From positions 56,050,001 to 56,114,000 of the forward strand of contig CM059432.1 in assembly GCA_030390025.1 (NCBI GenBank): a DNA stretch of 64,000 bases. The letters are read 5' to 3'. The number at the start of each line of letters is the position of its first letter. Position 1 is the first letter of the stretch. Origin of the DNA: Squalus acanthias (taxonomy: Eukaryota). Below are positions 11,932 to 64,000 of this stretch, in pieces. A program made the position numbers and the translations under genes. The notes below the pieces were generated by a model, which saw nothing but the letters and a program-made list of their open reading frames with translations, ran no database searches and was not told the origin of the DNA.

Positions 11932-13686
11932 ATGGAATTCCCAAAAGCTGGTCCAAGCAAAAGGAAGAGAGTGGTCTTAACTTTAAAACAGAAAATCGAG
12001 ATATGCCAACGACTCGAAAGGGGAGAGAAGCGTATCAACATTATGAATGAATTCAAAATCGGTTCGTCAACAATCTACGACATCAAATCGCAGAAGGATA
12101 AGCTGCTCAAGTTTTATTCAAGCTCGGAGACATCTAAGAGTGTAGAGAAACGGCGTATGCTTCGTAAGCCTAAGCTTGAAGAGCTGGATACCGTGCTTTA
12201 TGAATGGTTTTCTCTTAAGCGTTCAGAGGGTGTTCCAATTTCCGGACCCATGCTAATCAAGAAAGCGAAGGATTTCTACGAAAGGATGGAGCTCACTGAC
12301 AAGTGTGCTTTCTCCGAGTGATGGCTAACGTGCTTCAAGTTACGGCACGGGATACGACGACTCGATATTTCCGGGGAGAAGAAATCAGCTGATCACGACG
12401 CCGCAGAAGAATACTGCGATTATTTCAATCGGATTGTGCAGCAACATGATTTGTCGCCAGCACAGATATATAATGCCGATGAAACTGGCTTGTTTTGGAG
12501 GTTTTTGCCAGAATCAACGCTTGCTGGGGCTAGTGAGGCTAATGCTTCAGGTTACAAGAAAAATAAAGATCGTGTAACCGTGCTAACATGTGCGAACGCT
12601 GCTGGATCACACCGGGTTAAACTTCTTGTTATCGGGAAGTATAAAAATCCTCGTGCATTTAAAAATGTGAGGCACTTACCTGTTGAGTATAAAGCTCAAA
12701 AAAATGCTTGGATGGATAAGGAAATCTTCTCCGATTGGTTCCATCATATTTTTGTTCCATCTGTGAGGGAACATTTCCGTAAAATAGGGAAACCTGAAGA
12801 TAGCAAATGCATTTTATTGCTTGATAATTGTAGAGCCCATCCGCATGAATCCGAGTTGGTTTCGGGAAATATTTTCACCATTTATTTGCCACCAAATGTA
12901 ACTTCTCTCATCCAACCCATGGACCAGGGCGTTATCCAAAATCTGAAGTGTCATTACAAGAAAGACTTCCTACGTAAACTGATAAGCCAAGATGACAATA
13001 TTCAAGCATTTCAGAAGGAATACAATATTAAAGATGCCATCTATAATGTTGCATGTTCCTGGAACTTGGTGAAAGGTCACACTCTGAGGCAAGGATGGCG
13101 CAAATTGTGGCCTTCTGTAATGTTTGCTGAAGGTTCTTCTTCAGAGGAGGAATTTCATGGGTTCAATGTTCGTCCCAAGAAGAGTACAATAATGGAAATG
13201 GCTGGCATGGTGGAAAATGCAGGCCCAGCAAACCCTCTACATCACCTCAGTGAAAGTGATATCGAGCAGTGGGTTGATGCAGATAGAGAAGTTGGTGTTG
13301 TGCATTTGCTAAGTGATGATGAAATAATTGAGAATGTTTTGAATCCAAAGAAAGAAAAGGAAAGTGAGATGGAAAGTGAAGATGATATTTCTGAAGAGAA
13401 CAAGATTTCTTGGGCTAAAGCTGCAGAAGGATTTTCTTCAATCCTCAAATTTGCTGAAAGGCAGACTTGCTACTCTGCCCAAGAAGTTATGCAACTCCAT
13501 ATTCTGCATGCCACGTTTCTACAGAAAAGGCAAGAGTCCACTAAGCAAACCGACATCCGCAACATGTTTAAGAAAGCTTCCAAAAGAGTCGAAGCAGCGG
13601 AAGTGCCTGAAGAATCTGTGGAACTGCATCATCCTGATGACCCAGCTGGCACGGATATTCCTGATGAACCAGATGACTCGGAATAA
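11932..13686 (+). pseudogene. Tigger transposase (CENP-B/Jerky-like HTH plus DD32D) with a single in-frame stop at 12319-12321
   Basis: [24 protein letters not shown]...[13 protein letters not shown]...NADETG...LLDNC...QPMDQG; 584 codons in one frame with no frameshift. Confidence 0.92.
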
Positions 13687-14229
13687 GTGTACAGTCAACT
13701 ACAGTACTGTATACAGTCGTTTATAAGTTTTGTTTTACTGTTAAGTAATTAAAGAGTTATGGATTACCCTCAACTGGCAGTACTGTACTTAATCAAGCAT
13801 CTTCCACCATCCATTTAACACAACATTCTATAAGTGAGTACCCAAATACTGTATACTGCACATTTCTTGATTTTTTTATTTTTGTTTGTTAAAAATAGCC
13901 TTGGTAGATATAACTCTCCGTTATCCGGAATTTTTGATCAACCGGCACCACGCCGGTCCCGTCGGTGCCGGATACCAAAGAGTTTCCTGTAGCATGCAAA
14001 ATTCGTGCTCAGCCCTCATTAACATGATTATAGTGCTGATCTCAGTGCTAAAACCGCTGCTATTGGCTTACTGCTCAACAGGTGGGCCAATATCGGGTGC
14101 AGTCTAATTCCCAGTAATGTTTGGCCTAGGCTTATATTCAGTACTTAAAGGGGAGGTGCATTGATGCAACAGCACCTCATTGTCATTCCACTTGGAACTC
14201 CACCTGGAAGCAAACGCGACTACAAAGAG

Positions 14230-15250
14230 ATGGCTGAGACTCAGCACAGGGAGAGAGCAAGACGATTCTCAGACGCGGCTCTGGAGGCACTGGTGGTGGC
14301 CATAGAGAGGAGGCAGGCTGTTCTCTTCCCACAAGCTGGCAGGAAGCCATCGGCACAGACATCCAGAAGGCTGTGGCGGGAGATAGCCAATTATGTGACG
14401 GCCACCAGTGTGGTTCCCAGGTCCTCCATACAATGCCACAAAAGTTTAATGACCTCACACGGCAGGTCAAAGTGAGTGAAGGCTTCAGCAAATGCCATAT
14501 CCCACCATCTGCACCACAAGCCTCACACACTGCTCTATGCACCACACCCCCAGCACTCACCTACTAACAATCTCTACCTATCACCACTCAGACCTCACAA
14601 TCATAGCTTCACTTCAGTCTCGCAACCGTACCACTGCTGTAACACTCACACCGACCTCTCACACCTTGCACGCACTGACAGCTATTCAACTATGGCAGGC
14701 ACATCATCCAAACACGTTGCACCACACTCACTCACACACTTTCCTTTCTCTTGCAGGCCAAGGTGGTGCATAATTGCCGGGAGCAGCGGCAGACAGGTGG
14801 GGGCAAGCTGCCATACAGGAACTGAGCCAACTGGAGGAGCGAGTGCTGAACATCATTGGACGGGAAGCCATGGAGGCCGTGGCAAAGGGCAAGGTTGAAG
14901 CCCTTGGGGACAACAAAGGTATGCTCATTCCTAATCCTTCTTCTCACATCCTACTTCCCCCTCATCCCACAATCTCCTCTTACTTACAAGCTCCTAATGC
15001 TGTATGCAGGCATATTTTGCTTCCCCTGCACTTGGCTCTTATGCCTTTCTGCTTTCAAATGATCAAAACCAAGCACCAGCCTAGCCTGTCCCCGAGGCGA
15101 TGGAGGAGGAGTGGTGGTGGGGGGCAGGGGAGAAGACACAGCATCACTGCATCTGTCACTTGCAGACACCAGCTCAGAAACTGTGCATAATTTAGAGGGT
15201 AGTGTAGAAGCAGGATCTGCACAGGGTGAGGCACCGGGCATGAGTGGGAA
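14230..15250 (+). pseudogene. Harbinger Myb/SANT-like accessory gene remnant, spliced
   Basis: MAETQHRERARRFSDAALEALV...LWREIA...KFNDLTRQVK|gtgagt (14471); ttgcag|AKVVHNCREQRQTGG (14757-14918); frameshifted. Confidence 0.75.
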
Positions 15251-15281
15251 TGTGGTGAGCAATGGGGATCTGGGGTTTCAT

Positions 15282-15921
15282 TCACTGGAATCTGAGTCTG
15301 ATGACCCGTTCACGGACAGCTCGTGCCGAAGGGAGATTTACTGCCTGCCTCCTCTCTTCCTCCTCCTCTCCCTCGTCCTCTTCATGAGGTGGTCCCACAA
15401 CCCCTGCTGGCAAGGGCTGCGCCCTCATGATGGCCAAGTCGTGAAGCATGCAGCAGACCACCACAAAATGGGACACCCGCACCGCCGAGTACTGGAGGAC
15501 TCCTCCCGAGCATTCAAGGCAGCGGAACCGTTGCTTCAACAGCCCAATGGTCTGCTCAATTATGTTCCTGGTGGCAGCATGGCTCTCATTATATCAGTGC
15601 TGGGCACGAGTGGTGGGATTGCGGAGGGGAGTCATCAGCCAGGTGCAGAGTGGATAGCCCTTGTCTCTGAGCAGCCACCCTCGGGTTTTATGTAGTGGTT
15701 GAAAGATTGCTGGCACACTGGACTGATGCAGGATGAAGGCATCATGACTGCTTCCAGGATAGCGGGCATTGACCATCAGGAAGCGTGGTCGCACAACAAC
15801 TGCACATTAAGTGAGTGGTAGCCTTTGCAGTTACGGAAGATCTCAGAATTGTTTTGCGGTGCCCTCAAAGCCACGTGTGTGCAGTTGATGGCGCCTTGCA
15901 CCATGGGGAAGCCCGCTATCC
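15282..15921 (-). pseudogene. Harbinger (HARBI1-like) transposase C-terminal remnant
   Basis: RIAGFPMVQGAINCTHV, VNARYPGSSHDAFIL, GWLLRDKGYPL, KQRFRCL, VVCCMLHDLA. Confidence 0.88.
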
Positions 15922-16459
15922 TTTAAAAAATTTGTTTATGGGATGTGGGCGTCGCTGGCAAGGCCAGCATTTATTGCCCATCCCTAATTGCCCTTGAGAA
16001 GGTGGTGGTGAGCCGCCTTCTTGAACCGCTGCAGTCTGTGTGGTGAAGGTACTCCCACAGTGCTGTTAGCTAGGGAGTTCCAGGATGTTGACCCAGCGAC
16101 GATGAAGGATTGGCGATATACTTCTAAGTCAGGATGGTGTGTGACTTGGAGGGAAACTTGGAGGTGGTGGTGTTCCCATGCGCCTGAATAGAATATTTGT
16201 TAATTCTCAAGGTCACATACCATCTAAACGTTTAGAGTACTAATTTAAGGCTTTCAGATTTTGGGAGTAAGAACCACTCACAGGAAACATTGTGAAATTG
16301 CTGAAAGAGAATGTTATGTTTTTGAAAAAACCCCATAAAATTCAACAACCAGTTCAACAATCCATCAATTAAGTAAAATCAGAAAATACTGGAAGTACAT
16401 AGAAAGTCAATCAGCATCTGTAATGAGAAAAAGGTTCTGATGTAGAGTTACACAATTGA

Positions 16460-16560
16460 GATAAAAACAGAAAATGCTGGAAATACCCAGCAGGTCAGGC
16501 AGCATCTACGGAGAGAAAAACAGAATTAACGTTTCAGGTCGATGACCTTTTGAAAAGAGA
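16460..16560 (-). mobile_element. Penelope-like 3' end remnant (hammerhead core destroyed)
   Basis: Homologous to 60310-60410; the CUGACGA core is replaced. Confidence 0.65.
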
Positions 16561-16569
16561 TAGGTTTTA

Positions 16570-17780
16570 ACAACAACAACTTGCATTTATAGAACGTCTA
16601 TAACATAGTAAAACATCCCATGGCACTTCACAGGAACAATTATCAATCAAAATTTGACATTGAACCACATAAGAAGATATTAGGACAGGTGGTAGTTTTT
16701 AAGGAGCATCGTAAAGGAGGAGAGGTAGAGAGGTTGAGGGAATGAAATTCCAGAGCTTAGGGCCTAGGCAACTGAAGGCACAGCCGCCAATGGTGGTGCA
16801 AAGGAAGTAGGGGATGTACAAGAGGCCAGAGTTGATGAAACACAGAGTTCTTAGAGGGTTGTCGGATTGAAGGAGGTTACAGAGACAGGAAAGGGCATTG
16901 AGGGATTTGAGTATAATCATTTTTAAATTGAAATGTTGCCAGACTGGGAGCCAATGTAGGTCTGCGAGCATAGGGGTGATGGGTGAATGGGACTTGGTGC
17001 GAGTTAGGATACAGACAGCAGAATTTTAAATGAGCTCAAGATTATGGAGGGTGCAAGCTGGGAGGCCGGTCAGGAGAGCATTGGAATAGTCGAGTCTAGA
17101 GGTAACAAAGGCATGGATGATGGTTTCAGCAGCAGATGAGCTGAGGCAGGGGCGGAAATGGGCAAGGTGGAAGTAGGTGGTTTTGGTGATTGAGAGGATA
17201 TGGGGTCAGAAGCTCATTTCAGGGTCAAGTAGGACGCCAAGGTTGTGAACAGTCTGGTTCAGCCTCAGACAGTGGCCAGGGAGAGGAATGGAATCGCTGG
17301 GTCTGGAATGGAGTTTTGTGGCAGGGACAATGGCTTCGGGCTTCCCAATATTTAATTGGAGGAAATTTCTGCTCACAGAGAAGCAGTGTAAAAAATCAGA
17401 GGCAGTGGAGGGGTCTAGAGAGGTGGTGGTGAGGTAAAGCTGGGTATCATCCGCATACATGTAGAATCTGACGTTGTTTTTGGATTATGTCCCCGAGGGG
17501 CAGATATAGATGGGAAATAAGTGGGGGCCCAGGTATATCCTTGGGGGACTCCAGAGGTAATGGTGCAGGAAGAGAAGCCGTTGCAGATTTGCTGGCTATG
17601 ACTGGATAGATAGGAATGGAAGCAGGAGAGGGCAGTCCCACTCAGCTGGACAGCGGTGGAGAGGCGTTGGAGGAGGATGGAGTGGTCAACCGCGTTCAAA
17701 AGCTGCAGACAGGCCGAAAAAGATGTAGAATGTCGTTTGTGATTTTGATGAGGGCCGTTTCAGTGCTGAGGTAGGGGCCA
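16570..17780 (-). mobile_element. L2 LINE fragment
   Basis: [17 protein letters not shown] and LADLHWLPV, plus L2 tail. Confidence 0.88.
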
Positions 17781-18239
17781 CAGTGAGTGTTTGAGACACA
17801 GACCATCCTTTGGGAAAATTCGATAAATATCTGAACCACGGAAAGGTACAGGCTGGGAGGAGAGAGGGGTTAGTATTGGACTGGATGAAGGTTTTTAGCA
17901 GGACGGGCTATTTGCGTCACCACCCAGTTTAATGCTCTCATCACAATATTCCTTTGGATCAAGCAGCAAACCTCGGGCCTTTGGGCTGAAGACAAACCCG
18001 TTCCGTCGATGGGCATCAGGCGCTACGAATAGAGCGCCAGTAACTCGATGCCGGCCAGGGTGCGCAGTGGCTGTCGGAGCGAGGCGGTGCGCATGTGCGG
18101 TGATTTGTCACTGGAGGTGCGCAGGCGCGGTGCTTTGTCACTGGCGGTGCCGCGCGGGCTGGGGGCAGGGTTTGAATGAGGCCGAGCTCGAGCTCACTGG
18201 CACTCGGAGAGCTGAACAGGAGCAGCGCCTGGCGGCATC

Positions 18240-60919
<42,680 letters not shown>

Positions 60920-62399
60920 GTAAGTAGATAATTAGTACTTTGTTTCTAATGTGAGCCTATTCCAAAGTGTCCCGTAGTATTAAATAATCAATAATTACTG
61001 AAGTTGAATAGGTTATTTTTTTTCATGAAAGCATATTTTGGGTAACTTCCTTTTTAAAATATATTGTAAAGCTGCATGCATGGGGCAACTGTCCCAGTCA
61101 AAGTGTGTTTTGCAGCTATCCGGCAAGACTGAATATCAACTTAGAAGAGATAACATGCGATATATTGTGGGCCAATTTCATCAGTTCCTGGGGCTCGCCA
61201 CACAAGTGAGTTGAGAACATTAACAAAGATGGCTGAAACATGCAGAACTTTCCAAGGAAGATTAATTGCATATTTACTTGGTAATAGTTCAGGCTGGTAT
61301 GAAATCTGTGTCAAGTTTGACACCGTAATCTGTCATGGAATCAGTTCAGAAAAAGACTTTGAAGATCACCGTCATTTCATTATAAAGAAGACTGAGTTAC
61401 AGCACAGCTGTGAATAAACCATATAGGTAACACAATGTAAAATATATTAGTGAGACTTTGGATCTTTTTATTAGAATAGAGCACAAAGTGAGTTGAACTA
61501 ATGTAAAGTATGTACAGCGTGAAAACAAACTGTCTTGGATGAATCTGGAAATTAGTTCCTCTAGAAACCTTGGCACTGACCTGTAGAAGATAATTTTCAC
61601 ACATGGCCTAATATCCTCCTCTGTGGTGCACTTTTGAACAAGTTCCCTTTCGTTCTGTCAGCTGCTCTTCTTTGCATGCCTGCAGTTGTACAGAAATGGA
61701 GGCTGTCAGTGGTAGAGCTGGTGCTGCCCTCCTTTGACCCATGGTAATTGTGCTTTGAGGCTGAGTAAAGGCTTTATGTGAAGTTTGTAGCTGGCCTCCT
61801 TGTCAATCTGGGAGGTGGGACAGCCAGGCAAGCGGCCACAGCTACAGTGGTGGGGCCAGGAGCTATCAGAATTTTGGGCGGGAGCAGCAAGGCGGCAGAG
61901 GAAACAGCAGTGGGTGACAAGACGATGAAATAAATGAAAATATATAAAGTTTAAAAAAACTTAAAATGGGCAAGTTTAAAAATAAAACTTTCCTGAATTG
62001 TAGAGAAAATTGCTGATGAAGTAAATGGCATATTGGAGCTCGGTGACTTGTACTATGTAGTGGTCACAGGCCTTCAATGCTGTTACAGGCAATGTTCACA
62101 AGGGAATTTCCATTATAAATGTTTACATCGCAATTTTACATTGTAAATGTTGACATAAAACATTGCTCAAAAATCATGGCAAGAGGATGTAAGGTTTGTG
62201 GGCTGGAAGTTCACAACATATGTATGACTTTTAATATACTAACAGATTTCCAGTGTCAATTCTCAATGGTGTGAATTACTTGAAATACAGAAATCATCAC
62301 ATACTTCTTTGCCATTGTTCATGATTCGCTATCCATTCGATATTGAAAAGAGAGTTGCAGCCTTGTCTGAATAGCTGCTGATCTAATGTGATTGAGAGA

Positions 62400-63120
62400 T
62401 AGAATCATACAGCATAGAAGGAAGCCATTCGGCCCATCGTGCCTGTGCTGGCTCTTTGGAAGAGCTATCCTATTAGTCTCACACCACTGCTCTTTCCCCA
62501 TAGCCCTACAATTTATCCCCTTCAAGTATTTATCCAATTCCCTTGTGAAAGTTACTGTTGAATCTGCTTCCACCACCCTTTCAGGCAGTGCATTCCAGAT
62601 CATAACTTACTGCATTAAAACATTCTCCTCATCTCTCCTCTGGTTCTTTTGTCAATTAACCTTAAATCTGTTCCATCTTACCAACCCTCCTGCCAGTTTC
62701 TCCCTATATAGGCTACCGAAACACCTCAGAATTTTGAACACCTCTATTAAATCTCCCCTTAACCTTCTCTTTTTAAGGAGAACAACCCCAGCTTCTGCAG
62801 TCTGTCTACATAACTGAACTACCTCATCTCTGGTACCATTCTCGTAAATCTCCTCTACACTCTCACCAAGTTCTTGACATCCTTCCTAAAGTGTGGTGTC
62901 CAGAATTGGACACAATAATCCAGCTGAGGCCCAACCAGTGATTTATAAAGGTTGAGCGTAACTTCTTTGCTTTTGTACTCTGTGCCTCTATTTATAAAGT
63001 CAACTGTCCTGCCGCCTTCAAAGATTTGTGTACGTAAACCCCCAGATCTCTCTGTTACTGCACCCCCATTAAAATTGTACCATTTAGTTTATGTTGCCTC
63101 TCCTCATTCTTCCTACCAAA
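62400..63120 (-). mobile_element. CR1 3' fragment
   Basis: IWNALPERVVEADST...ELDKYLKG and CR1 tail. Confidence 0.85.
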
Positions 63121-64000
63121 ATTTATCTCAGATGTCATTATCCATTTTCTATTTTTTCAGTATAACTTCAAAAGGAGTTGCAATCCTATTTCTGCGGGTA
63201 AGCCTCTCGAAGGCAGTCTACATTAAGTGTCAACTTTACAGACAGGAATTCTTTTGATTTAGTTTGAGCCACCCCAGTAAGGAAACTAGGCCATATTGAA
63301 GCTATAGCAAGTAATCTTCTGTTTAAAATCCATGTTTAGAAAGAAAGCAAGTGTTATCTTAATTATTTAATATATCAAGAAGGGCAGTGGAGTGTATGAT
63401 TCACTGTTTTATATCGTATGCTATTCATTCATTCATTTTGTTTAAATAAAACCATTTGTTGGTTCAGAGCCTGAAGAGCCTCTGGTATATTCAGTCTGTT
63501 TTACAAAGAGAGAATCATGGACTGGCACATGATGCTTTCCAGTAGCCAGTGTACAGAGTAAGGTTCTCTGTTATGAACCTGGATCTTGCTATTGCCTAAC
63601 TAAATATTGGGCAGAAAAGGGTGCACTCCAGGTCAAAGGGGATACAAGATCCACTTGCGGGAGCAGTTGATGATCCTGTAACCTGAGAAAATATTAGTAT
63701 AAGAATCCAAAAATGTGTTTATAGTTTGAATTTCTTGGCTTGTGTGGTTCAGTTTCTTGCATGGAAAGTTGCAATCTAGCTTTAATTTTAATTTGCAGAA
63801 TTCCTTGAAATGGAATCCCTTATTGTAGATCAGCCATTTTTGATTCAGTTTTTTTCACCAGGTAGCCCATATGATTCACCTGGAGTTTGTACCAAATGTT
63901 GTTCCCCACTTTAGTTGGACCAGTCAAAAATGGAGCGATGTTTGCAGAAAACTAAGTTACTGTGTGTTTCATACGAAGCAATTTTGTAAAGCACAATAGT

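Larger units (their letters stand above)
11480..13989 (+). mobile_element. Tigger/pogo DNA transposon, full length (~2.5 kb)
   Basis: TA TSDs at 11478-11479 and 13990-13991; 26-bp TIRs CAGGAAACTCTCGTTTAACCGGCACC vs CAGGAAACTCTTTGGTATCCGGCACC (21/26 identical); subterminal AACCGGCA and TATCCGGAATT repeats. Confidence 0.95.
11395..15921. mobile_element. Decayed PIF/Harbinger transposon (Myb/SANT gene on +, transposase on -), interrupted by Tigger and truncated on the right
   Basis: Left end TAA|GGTCTAGAAATT; sequence resumes after the Tigger; convergent Myb-like and HARBI1-like remnants. Confidence 0.8.

Noticed and set aside
11932..13686. Domesticated host gene of the JRKL/TIGD type
   Set aside because: It has intact TIRs and TA TSDs, sits inside another transposon and contains a stop codon, so it is a transposon copy.
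60920..64000. Final USP14 exons (DIGSNN...GHYV His box)
   Set aside because: No matching coding sequence found; presumably beyond the window, so not evidence of truncation.

Overview
Vertebrate genomic DNA, most likely a cartilaginous fish (shark), judged from its CR1, L2, DeuSINE and Penelope repeat content. The only host gene is USP14 (proteasome-associated deubiquitinase) on the + strand. A CpG-rich promoter at about 18.0-18.4 kb is followed by 14 in-phase coding exons (18240-60919, 1225 nt, 408 codons). The His-box exons lie beyond the window end. Intron 9 is a U12-type minor intron of about 8.9 kb filled with nested LINEs. The rest is mostly transposable elements: (1) a near-intact Tigger/pogo element with one nonsense codon, nested in a decayed PIF/Harbinger; (2) a second two-gene Harbinger in intron 6; (3) two related MITEs; (4) a hAT MITE; (5) a decayed retrovirus-like element with LTR, gag, protease and a class III/foamy/loki-like RT; (6) Penelope remnants carrying minimal hammerhead ribozymes; (7) many CR1/L2 LINE and SINE fragments; (8) two minisatellites. 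I found no convincing wholly new biological system. The best leads are the basal retrovirus-like element, the young Tigger, the hammerheads and the Harbinger accessory gene. Repeat boundaries are approximate unless TIRs or TSDs are quoted.
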